Shown: positions 56,220-64,000 of the stretch, in pieces
Numbering within the stretch: the stretch's first letter is position 1
Layout of the letters: every line of letters begins with the position of its first letter
Assembly (NCBI GenBank): GCA_905182715.1
Contig: CAJJCP010000020.1
Span: 319-64,318 of the forward strand
Reading direction: 5' to 3'
DNA: 64,000 bases
Source of the DNA: an uncultured Candidatus Poseidoniales archaeon
GTDB lineage: Archaea > Thermoplasmatota > Poseidoniia > Poseidoniales > Poseidoniaceae
Position numbers and translations under genes: made by a program
Notes under the pieces: model-generated
Told to the model about the DNA's origin: nothing
The model's input: the letters and a program-made list of their open reading frames with translations, nothing else
Databases searched by the model: none

Positions 56220-57446
56220 ATGGCAGGAACCCCAGTAACATTAGACAACGGTAAACTCATAGTTCCAAATGACCCAATAATTCACTTCATCGAAGGAGAT
56301 GGAATTGGAATTGATATTTCTCCTGTCATGATGAAAGTCGTTGATGCTGCTGTTTCAAAATCATATAGTGGAAACAAAGGTATTGTCTGGTCTGAAGTTC
56401 TTGCCGGTGAAAAAGCATTCAATGCAACTGGTGAATGGCTACCTCAAGCAACATTAGATGCAATCCGTTCTGGTCTCATCTCGATTAAAGGGCCTTTAAC
56501 AACACCTGTAGGTGGAGGAATTCGTTCATTGAATGTTGCTCTACGACAAAAACTCGACTTGTACGCTTGTGTTCGACCTGTGCGCTGGTATGAAGGAACT
56601 CCTTCCCCAGTCAAATCTCCTGGTGATGTTGACATGATTATTTTCAGAGAAAACAGCGAAGACGTGTATGCCGGTATTGAATGGGAAGCAGGGAGTGCTG
56701 AAGTCAAGAAAGTGATCGATTTCTTACAGAATGAGATGGGCGTCGATAAAATTCGATTCCCAAACACTTCAGGAATTGGTATCAAACCGATTTCGCAAGA
56801 AGGAACTGCACGTATTGTAAGAGCAGCTCTTCAACACGCCGTCGATACCGATAAGGAAAGTGTAACCATTGTTCACAAAGGCAATATCATGAAGTTCACC
56901 GAAGGTGGATTCCGCGATTGGGGTTATTCAATTGCTAAGGATGAATTTGGAGCAACTGAACTCGATGGTGGACCATGGTGCACCTTTGAAAATCCAAACA
57001 CTGGCAAGACTATTCTCGTAAAGGACGTCATTGCGGACGCAATGTTACAGCAAATCATTACTCGACCTGCTGAATATTCGGTCTTGACAACCATGAACCT
57101 GAACGGCGATTACATCTCGGATGCATTGGCTGCACAAGTTGGTGGAATTGGTATTGCGCCAGGTGCGAACCTCAACTACGAAACTGGAATTTCTATCTTT
57201 GAAGCGACCCACGGTACTGCTCCAAAATACACAGGACAAAACAAAGTGAATCCAGGTTCACTTATTCTCTCTGCAGAAATGATGCTCCGCCACATGGGCT
57301 GGATTGAAGCCGCAGATTTGATTGTCAAGGGTATGGAAGGAGCAATCTCTGCAAAAACTGTCACCTACGACTTTGAGCGTTTGATGGACGATGCAATACT
57401 TCTCTCATGCAGCGCCTTTGGCGATGCAATGATTGCTCATATGTGA
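56220..57446 (+). CDS. icd: Isocitrate dehydrogenase (NADP-type)
   Basis: [19 protein letters not shown] and the [25 protein letters not shown] signature. Confidence 0.85.
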   Translation: MAGTPVTLDNGKLIVPNDPIIHFIEGDGIGIDISPVMMKVVDAAVSKSYSGNKGIVWSEVLAGEKAFNATGEWLPQATLDAIRSGLISIKGPLTTPVGGGIRSLNVALRQKLDLYACVRPVRWYEGTPSPVKSPGDVDMIIFRENSEDVYAGIEWEAGSAEVKKVIDFLQNEMGVDKIRFPNTSGIGIKPISQEGTARIVRAALQHAVDTDKESVTIVHKGNIMKFTEGGFRDWGYSIAKDEFGATELDGGPWCTFENPNTGKTILVKDVIADAMLQQIITRPAEYSVLTTMNLNGDYISDALAAQVGGIGIAPGANLNYETGISIFEATHGTAPKYTGQNKVNPGSLILSAEMMLRHMGWIEAADLIVKGMEGAISAKTVTYDFERLMDDAILLSCSAFGDAMIAHM

Positions 57447-57450
57447 GTAC

Positions 57451-59409
57451 TCACTTGAGCCAAGCGTTGAGTGACCGACTATTTTTGGCAATTCCAAAGC
57501 CAAATTGTTCTTCGAAAGCACGGGCAACGAGTGTGAAATCACCATCTCGGGTTGCAATCAATACTGTCCCGAGGTCTTGCAGGGACTGGTTAGCAAGTTG
57601 TGAGGCAATACGCATCAATGTTCGATCCGGTGCTTCTGGATAGATATCACGGCCTTCGAGTACAGTACGAATTGGTTCTCCACGGGTCCGCTTCATAGCA
57701 GTAATTTCTTCGTAAATCTCAGTTGATTCAAGTAAGAACTTTTCAATCATATCTTTCGTATCTTCCGAGCCTGTTTCGGATTCAATTTCCAAGTCAAGAG
57801 GACTCCAAGTGTTGTAATCCTTGAGGACATCATTAACCAACTTCGTGATGGTCTTAGCGCTGAAAATGTCATCAAGTAATTCTGGCGAAACTAAAGCATC
57901 GTCGAATCGGCCCTTAAGTTGATTAATTCCGGAAGCGATACCGGTTAATTCTTGCTTAACGATATCGGGCAACCACAGTTGTAACTTCTTATCTTTCGCC
58001 TTACTGAGGAGGATTTTATGGAAACTTCCTTGGCCTTGAATGTCGAGACTAATTTCACCAACGAGGTGTAATTTTTCGGAGATTCGTCCGATTAAAGCAT
58101 CGACGAGAATATTGGTATCAACAATAACCAATGGAACAAGAGAGAGATTACGGAGATAACGACGAGAGGCGTTTGGAATTTGAGATTTATTAACAGAGAA
58201 AAGAGAAAGTTCAGCCTGTTGTAAACTTCGAATTTCAGTCTCGTTGAAATATGCACTGTTTTGGGCACGTTCAAGGAACATTAAACCGTCAACAGGACGA
58301 ACTTTTGCGGCTTCACTTGCGAGCGAGTAGACTTCATCTGTTGATGGAGAGCCGAATTGCATCAACTGGTTAAATCGCGTATCGAACGTATTCTTTTGTC
58401 GACGGCGGTTCTTATGCAACGAGTTTGTTGCAGCGGTAACTCTTCCACAAAATGGATCTGTTGGAAGTGGTCGTGGGTGCTCGTGCGGATAGGTTTTGAG
58501 CATGTCTAAATCGTCTTCTGCATGGTAGACTCTCATGACTTCAACCATTTCGCCTTGCTCATTTTCTTCCATTTCCATTTTAGTTCGTTTGACAAACTCT
58601 TTCAATAAACGGGTTGCTGAATTGGTATCTTTCGATTTGGCGGTGTGTGAAACCCGTAGATACAATTGGAACCGTTGGGTAATCGCACTCTTGAGAGCTG
58701 GTTGTGCATCGAGGAGTTCAACTGCTTCTCGCCATTGCTCAGCGAATGCCAAATGAATGAGGGCTTTACGATACAAGGTGAGTGAATGTTCGTAATCAAA
58801 TTCTTCATGATCTCCTGCTTTACGATAGTCACGGGCTGCGTTCAACTCTTCTTGGTTTGATGCGTAAACTGCCGCTCGAGCAAGTGTGTGCCATGGAGAT
58901 AAAGCGTCATGATTTTGATACCAGCGAACGAGTGATGGTAGTCCGATATCATGTTCTAAAACCAAATGACGTACACTGTGAATCATGCCCGTTGGAATGA
59001 GAGGATTGCCCAGCAATGAGTTGAGCGTCTCGATATGCTCTGCATCCGAATTCCCATGTTGAAGCATTAAAGCCACATGATTGAGTCGCAATGTTGCAAT
59101 AACAGCATTGAACAGAACACGTTCCATAACGGTGAGTTCTGCTGACGCAATACTTTGTTCAAGATTTGAAAGGTGGGTTGATGATGCGATTCCACTGCCG
59201 CCATCTCTGAGTGCTTGTCGAATCGGTCCAAAAGCTAGAAGCCCTTGTTTATCGAGTACTGTGGTAAGACGGTCGTCTTCGATATTTTCACCTTCGAACA
59301 GCATAAGCAGTGCTTCGGATGTGGACGAGAAAGAGTCAGGTGCATCGATGCTATGAACTTCCGATAGAGCAGATCTTCGGGCTGCTCGGACTTTCGATCC
59401 AAAGTTCAT
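57451..59409 (-). CDS. Large helical-repeat protein with a C-terminal PIN-domain nuclease
   Basis: LVIVDTNILVDAL .. VLIATRDGDF are the PIN acidic motifs. About 450 aa of helical (TPR-like) sequence lie upstream. The start is uncertain (59409 or 59442). Confidence 0.6.
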   Translation of the reverse strand: MNFGSKVRAARRSALSEVHSIDAPDSFSSTSEALLMLFEGENIEDDRLTTVLDKQGLLAFGPIRQALRDGGSGIASSTHLSNLEQSIASAELTVMERVLFNAVIATLRLNHVALMLQHGNSDAEHIETLNSLLGNPLIPTGMIHSVRHLVLEHDIGLPSLVRWYQNHDALSPWHTLARAAVYASNQEELNAARDYRKAGDHEEFDYEHSLTLYRKALIHLAFAEQWREAVELLDAQPALKSAITQRFQLYLRVSHTAKSKDTNSATRLLKEFVKRTKMEMEENEQGEMVEVMRVYHAEDDLDMLKTYPHEHPRPLPTDPFCGRVTAATNSLHKNRRRQKNTFDTRFNQLMQFGSPSTDEVYSLASEAAKVRPVDGLMFLERAQNSAYFNETEIRSLQQAELSLFSVNKSQIPNASRRYLRNLSLVPLVIVDTNILVDALIGRISEKLHLVGEISLDIQGQGSFHKILLSKAKDKKLQLWLPDIVKQELTGIASGINQLKGRFDDALVSPELLDDIFSAKTITKLVNDVLKDYNTWSPLDLEIESETGSEDTKDMIEKFLLESTEIYEEITAMKRTRGEPIRTVLEGRDIYPEAPDRTLMRIASQLANQSLQDLGTVLIATRDGDFTLVARAFEEQFGFGIAKNSRSLNAWLK

Positions 59410-60856
59410 TATTACTTCCTGCATCAAGGAGATGAGATACAAGTAGGGTTTCGTAAGGGTGGGAAATTGGAACTAAATCATTGGATGTAACCATGTGCGC
59501 TAGGAGATTTAGTTCCATACTTTGCGTATAGATGTCAATGAGAAGTGGGAAGACGCTTTCCCAGGCTTCGCTTGATTCATGCGAGAGATTCTTTGCGGCC
59601 ATCGAACGGATATGCAAGGGTAATGATTTCATTTGAATCAATGCCACCAGTGACCCATCATCCAATATTGGGATTTGTTCAAGGAGCCATTGGTCAATTA
59701 CATCACCTGACAGTTCCGAGAGCAAAGGTGCTAATGTTGACAACTCAGTATGGTGGTCGAGCTTCAAACTCGTTAGAAGTTGAATTGTTTCTTCGGACTT
59801 ACCTTCTTTGTGAAGTGCGTTCAACCTCCACCACATAATTTTCTCCATTTGAACAGCATTCGTTGTATGTTCTCGAAGTAATTCGAGTCCTTCAGCGAGT
59901 TGCTTCGAAGAAAGTTTTGCTGCTGCATCAGGAGGATTCTCCCAAGCCAGAAGTTGACGCGCTGCTGCCAATGAATGGTTTCCTTTGGCGGTTCGCGACT
60001 TCTTCCAGTCCAACACTTTACCTTGGCGAAGCATATGGAGGTCATTGAGTTGTTCAGCCAATTCTGCATCGATCTCTTTGAGACGTTCGAGAGATTCTGT
60101 AGGGTCTTTGCCAGATGCTAAAGCTAACAGTACACTCAATGCTGAGGCTTGTCCTTCAAGTTGATAGAGAACTTCTGCAGGATGTAATTGTCTTCCCGAG
60201 GAAAGTTGTGAAACAATATTTCGCAGTGCTACTTGAGATTCTGCATCTGTAACGGTAACTGATATCGCCTCAATAGCCGCAATCAAGTCCTCGGTGTTCA
60301 GGGGATTGATGAATGCCAAATCCAATTTGACCTTCTTACCGGCTTTGGCCTTGGTGACTTTTGCTTTCGGGAAAGCTGCGAATTGACCGAGAACTGCTGT
60401 TCGTTGGGCAAGGTCAAGCCAAACTGGATGAACACCCTTTTCCAAACATGTTTCGCGCAATGATTTCTCAGTGGTTTCCCATTCTTCTTCCCACTCTTCT
60501 TTGTTGAGAAGTTTGTGAACCATCAAAACTGCAAGACGATAAGCAGAACTGTAATCAGAAGGAAGAAGCATTTCTACAGCCGATGGGAGTGAATCCATTG
60601 GACCTGAAGAGCCACGGCCTCCACGACGGTTTCTACCACGCCCACCTGATGGTCGGCGACGAGTTGGTGAATCTGATTCTTCTTCATCAGCCGCAGGAAG
60701 TTCAGTCTCGGCAAGGGCCAAAAGAAGGATTGGGCGCCAAGGTTTCTCGAGGAGTTGCCAATCAGCAGTTTTCACCACTAAAGACTGACGTCGAGGTTTT
60801 GTGACGTTGGTTTTGAAAGCAACTTCAAGACAATTTGACATATGGCTCTCTTGCAA
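59351..60856 (-). CDS. Hypothetical helical protein with an RG-rich segment
   Basis: 501-aa ORF with RRRPSGGRGRNRRGGRGSSG. Its 3' end overlaps the PIN gene by about 59-92 nt. Confidence 0.45.
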   Translation of the reverse strand: MQESHMSNCLEVAFKTNVTKPRRQSLVVKTADWQLLEKPWRPILLLALAETELPAADEEESDSPTRRRPSGGRGRNRRGGRGSSGPMDSLPSAVEMLLPSDYSSAYRLAVLMVHKLLNKEEWEEEWETTEKSLRETCLEKGVHPVWLDLAQRTAVLGQFAAFPKAKVTKAKAGKKVKLDLAFINPLNTEDLIAAIEAISVTVTDAESQVALRNIVSQLSSGRQLHPAEVLYQLEGQASALSVLLALASGKDPTESLERLKEIDAELAEQLNDLHMLRQGKVLDWKKSRTAKGNHSLAAARQLLAWENPPDAAAKLSSKQLAEGLELLREHTTNAVQMEKIMWWRLNALHKEGKSEETIQLLTSLKLDHHTELSTLAPLLSELSGDVIDQWLLEQIPILDDGSLVALIQMKSLPLHIRSMAAKNLSHESSEAWESVFPLLIDIYTQSMELNLLAHMVTSNDLVPISHPYETLLVSHLLDAGSNNELWIESPSSPKICSIGSS

Positions 60857-61000
60857 TGCTCCCCCTCCTCTTCCAATGGCTCAACCTACCCTCCTTCAAT
60901 CCACCGGAAGCGACATCTAGAACTCAAATCGGTTCGATTCCTTCAGAAGTCTGCGAACATCCTTGAACAAAGAACACTTGGAGGCGAATGGAGGAATGAG

Positions 61001-61468
61001 ATGGATATCGTTCGTATCGTAGTTTTATTGCTCCATCCTTTACTTGCAACAGGGTTGCTTGGTTGGATTTGGTGGCAGTATTCTTGGCGCAGAAAAAGCC
61101 ATGAACTCCAAGGAGAGTCTCGGAAAAAAGCACTCTCACAGCATGAAAAATATGGTAACCGATTGATTTGGTCTGCATTCTTCGTCATTTGTGTTGCTTT
61201 TTTGAGCCGTGCATTTATTGGATGGAGGGAAAATGAAAGTATTCTCGCCTCACTCGTCCCCCAAAGTCTCCACGGATTTATGGGTCCAATCGGTTTTGTT
61301 TTGCTCTTTCTACTTGCACGCATGGGTCGTCGAGCCCGTGATGCTCGAAACGAAGGTGAAAAATTTGCTCACCACGCATTGAAACATGGACGGGCTGCCG
61401 ACCTTATTGTGGTCTTGGCCTTCCTGCATGCCTTCTTGGGGTTCTTGTACATTTTCACCGTGCTATGA
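61001..61468 (+). CDS. Membrane protein (4 TM, DUF4079-like, tentative)
   Basis: ATG at 61001 preceded by GGAGG. The region upstream in the ORF-track frame looks non-coding. Confidence 0.45.
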   Translation: MDIVRIVVLLLHPLLATGLLGWIWWQYSWRRKSHELQGESRKKALSQHEKYGNRLIWSAFFVICVAFLSRAFIGWRENESILASLVPQSLHGFMGPIGFVLLFLLARMGRRARDARNEGEKFAHHALKHGRAADLIVVLAFLHAFLGFLYIFTVL

Positions 61469-61470
61469 AC

Positions 61471-62523
61471 TCACTTTATGGCAAGTTCTTCACTTCGGTT
61501 TCTCCACATGTTAAGCCATGTCTCGAGATTTGAATCGACTCCAGGTGCTTGAATACGACAACCGCAGGCATTCGCATGACCTCCACCCGTTGGATCCATT
61601 GCAGTTGCTAATCGTGACAAATCGTATCGACCTTGGCCATTTTCGAGAAATGAATTCGCATAGAAACTTGCCGAAAGCGCAGGACGGTTTGGGGTTTCAA
61701 TCGAACCGTCAGCATAACCGTGAATGATGCAGCATGCGTCTGCTCTCTCTCCAGCCCATGCAGTGACTAAGTAACCGTTTGAACGAACTCCTTTCTCATC
61801 CATACGGCAAACTGCAAGGCGGTCAATGATTTCGGTATGTTGCTCAACAACTGCTTGTGCTGCTTTACGTTCATGCCGGGCCCTCTCAATATGAGGTGAT
61901 ATTTTGGAATCTTGCAACACTTCATTCAAACTCGAACCTTGAGAAAGTAAGGTGAGAACATGGTGCATGTGTTCTGATTCCCGAAGTGAAAGCGAACGGG
62001 CGAGTTGGAGGATTGGGCCATCTTCAATGAATTCCTCACGGGTGATTTGGCCTGAATCAAGTGCATCGACTACCGGCATTATTTCTTCGAGGTGAGAGAG
62101 GTCGATATAGGGGCTCAAGACATCATAGGCAAGGCGTGCAGCAGAGGGTGTTGCTTCCCAATGGCAGGTTCCTCCATTCAGAATAAACTGCGCTTCCTCT
62201 TCTTCATTCGGGCGATTCGTTTGGTGGTGATCTAAATACCAACCGCATTCCGGGTGAAAGGGTAAATCCACCATTGCAGTGGAACGATCAACCAGTGCAT
62301 CGATAGCCCCTGAACGGACCAATGCTGCATGAGCGAAATGAACTTCCGCATCAGGGTTCGCTGCTTTAAGTACTGCTGCAGCACAAAGTCCGTCGAGGTC
62401 TGAATCAGCGATAATTCGACGAAACTCTGGCAATCCTGCTCTTTTCAATGGTGACGGAGAAGGAGGCATAACGCGATGGGGGGGTACGCTCGTCAAGAAG
62501 GTTTTTGGAGAACATTTCGCCAC
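61471..62523 (-). CDS. DHH/DHHA1 family phosphoesterase
   Basis: IADSDLDGLCAA (DHH motif I/II-like) and GGGHANACG (DHHA1 GGGH). Confidence 0.65.
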   Translation of the reverse strand: MAKCSPKTFLTSVPPHRVMPPSPSPLKRAGLPEFRRIIADSDLDGLCAAAVLKAANPDAEVHFAHAALVRSGAIDALVDRSTAMVDLPFHPECGWYLDHHQTNRPNEEEEAQFILNGGTCHWEATPSAARLAYDVLSPYIDLSHLEEIMPVVDALDSGQITREEFIEDGPILQLARSLSLRESEHMHHVLTLLSQGSSLNEVLQDSKISPHIERARHERKAAQAVVEQHTEIIDRLAVCRMDEKGVRSNGYLVTAWAGERADACCIIHGYADGSIETPNRPALSASFYANSFLENGQGRYDLSRLATAMDPTGGGHANACGCRIQAPGVDSNLETWLNMWRNRSEELAIK

Positions 62524-62557
62524 AATTGACTTGACCTATTGTTGTTCTGCTCATAGC

Positions 62558-62968
62558 ATGGAGACCTCGTGTGGCATCGTTTTGGTCAATTATGGGACAA
62601 TTCTTCTCCTCCAATACCCGCAAGGTCACTGGGATTTCCCAAAAGGGCATGTCGAAGAAAGTGATGACGACCATCATGCTACGGCTCGGCGCGAACTTGG
62701 AGAGGAGACTGGAATTAATGAAATTGAATTTGTTCAGGGTTTTGTTGAACGAAGTGAATATTCTTACTGGCATAAGGGTCGTAAACGAACGAAGCAGGTC
62801 TACTGGTATTTGGCAGAGACAGAACGCATTAGTGTCACACTGTCACATGAGCATCAAGGTCACATGTGGCTGGATTGGGAACAAGCGAATGAACAACTCA
62901 CGCATGAAGAAACGCGGAGTATTCTCGAAAACGCACACCGTCATATGATTTCTCTTGGCAAGGAATGA
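62558..62968 (+). CDS. Nudix hydrolase
   Basis: Nudix box GHWDFPKGHVEESDDDHHATARRELGEETGI. Confidence 0.8.
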   Translation: METSCGIVLVNYGTILLLQYPQGHWDFPKGHVEESDDDHHATARRELGEETGINEIEFVQGFVERSEYSYWHKGRKRTKQVYWYLAETERISVTLSHEHQGHMWLDWEQANEQLTHEETRSILENAHRHMISLGKE

Positions 62969-62969
62969 T

Positions 62970-63665
62970 TCAAATTTGCTTGAATTCTTCATCGTTTTGA
63001 TTTAATTTCCGAATCAATGCCCCAACGCCAGTTTCTGGACCTCTATGTCCGAGTGGCATCCAAAGAGATTCATCATTCCCGAGTCCCAAACAAACCCAGC
63101 GTCCGAAAACAAAGAACCAATCTGAGAGACGGTTGATATAGACGAGGACAAGGGGCCGAACTGCATCTTTACCTTCCGATTCTGCAAGACGAAGAACCGT
63201 ACGTTCGAGGCGCCGAGTAACGGTGCGAGTAAGGTGAATCACCGCCTCTGGACCTTCCCCCGAGGGGAGAATGAAACTGGTCAGTGGTTCGAGTTGTTCA
63301 AGCCATGCATCCATTTCATCAACCAAGACCGATGCTTGGTTCTCATTCAAAACAACCATTCCCTCTGGTATTTTTGACGGTGGACATGCCAGTTCAGCGC
63401 CAAGGTCAAAAAGTTCGCTTTGGATTCGAGGAAGGGCTTGATTCGCAATCGATTGAAGGCGTTGAACAGTGGAACGGTTGCCTCCATCCTCGTGTTGTGG
63501 GAGACGTGAAATTTCCATTAGACACATTCCAAGAAGTGCGTTGAGTTCATCGCATGTACCAACTGCTTCAAGACGCGGGTCAGCTTTTGAACGTCGGGAA
63601 CCATCGACGAGTGAAGTTTGACCTTCATCTCCTGTACCTGTGTAAACTCGTGTAATGCGTACCAT
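62970..63665 (-). CDS. ATP:cob(I)alamin adenosyltransferase, PduO type
   Basis: RVYTGTGDEGQTSL .. VGTCDELNALLG are family hallmarks. Confidence 0.75.
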   Translation of the reverse strand: MVRITRVYTGTGDEGQTSLVDGSRRSKADPRLEAVGTCDELNALLGMCLMEISRLPQHEDGGNRSTVQRLQSIANQALPRIQSELFDLGAELACPPSKIPEGMVVLNENQASVLVDEMDAWLEQLEPLTSFILPSGEGPEAVIHLTRTVTRRLERTVLRLAESEGKDAVRPLVLVYINRLSDWFFVFGRWVCLGLGNDESLWMPLGHRGPETGVGALIRKLNQNDEEFKQI

Positions 63666-63689
63666 GACTCTGCCTCAGGCAACCCCAAG

Positions 63690-64000
63690 TCATGCTTCTA
63701 TGAGTGGTTTTCGGGCGAGAAAACTTGCATCGATTGGGTGATACCATTCAATATCTTCTTCACCAAAGCGCCATGAATACAATGCCAGATGCTGATCAAC
63801 AACTCCGTACCATTCTAATCGGCCAGGCTCTAGGCAAGCGATTCGCGTCCCAGTCGCTTCAACTCTTGATGTCACGCTTTGCCAATGGGTAACAAGTTGC
63901 GCCAATTGTTCAGCGACTTCAACAACATGTTCGCTTTCCGCTTCGAGAGATTCAAGTAAGACTTCCAGTTCTTCGGTAAGGTCGTGAGCCTCGTCGCTCA
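63690..64000 (-). CDS. Hypothetical protein, 5' end outside the window
   Basis: The frame stays open from 63690 to the right edge (..SDEAHDLTEELEVLLESLEAESEHVVEVAEQLAQLVTHW..). Confidence 0.4.
   Translation of the reverse strand, partial: SDEAHDLTEELEVLLESLEAESEHVVEVAEQLAQLVTHWQSVTSRVEATGTRIACLEPGRLEWYGVVDQHLALYSWRFGEEDIEWYHPIDASFLARKPLIEA

Overview
The window looks like a chromosomal segment from an archaeon. It carries RadA, FtsZ, Rpo4/RpoF, L21e, Pus10, archaeal-type PGK, Fap7/AK6, an initiator tRNA with an A1:U72 pair, and large secreted surface proteins. A planktonic euryarchaeote of the Marine Group II/III type is only an inference. From about 23.3 kb to 64 kb the content is ordinary, densely packed housekeeping and transport genes plus two tRNAs. 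The left 23 kb is accessory and holds the interesting material. (1) A minus-strand cassette (1-10510) encodes two paralogous ~520-aa E1-like enzymes, each a degenerate ThiF-like half fused to an intact adenylation half. It also encodes a tandemly duplicated E2/UBC-like gene, a dedicated Cdc48/VCP-type N-D1-D2 AAA+ ATPase, two beta-grasp-like candidates ending in or containing Gly/Gly-Gly, a small Zn-ribbon protein and a CCHC zinc-knuckle membrane protein. The cassette is riddled with local tandem duplications of 219, ~640, 24 and 12 bp. (2) A divergently oriented plus-strand block runs from 10.6 to 21.5 kb and is AT-rich from about 12.6 kb (judged by eye). It consists of uncharacterised genes around a ~1260-aa protein with two P-loops (a STAND/AAA-like module and a UvrD-like SF1 helicase module) and is preceded by a wHTH protein. 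No rRNA, CRISPR array, integrase or transposase was seen. At least 12 apparent +/-1 frame breaks occur, some in housekeeping-type genes, so real pseudogenes cannot be separated from sequence errors here. All functional calls rest on motifs read by eye, and no database search was run.
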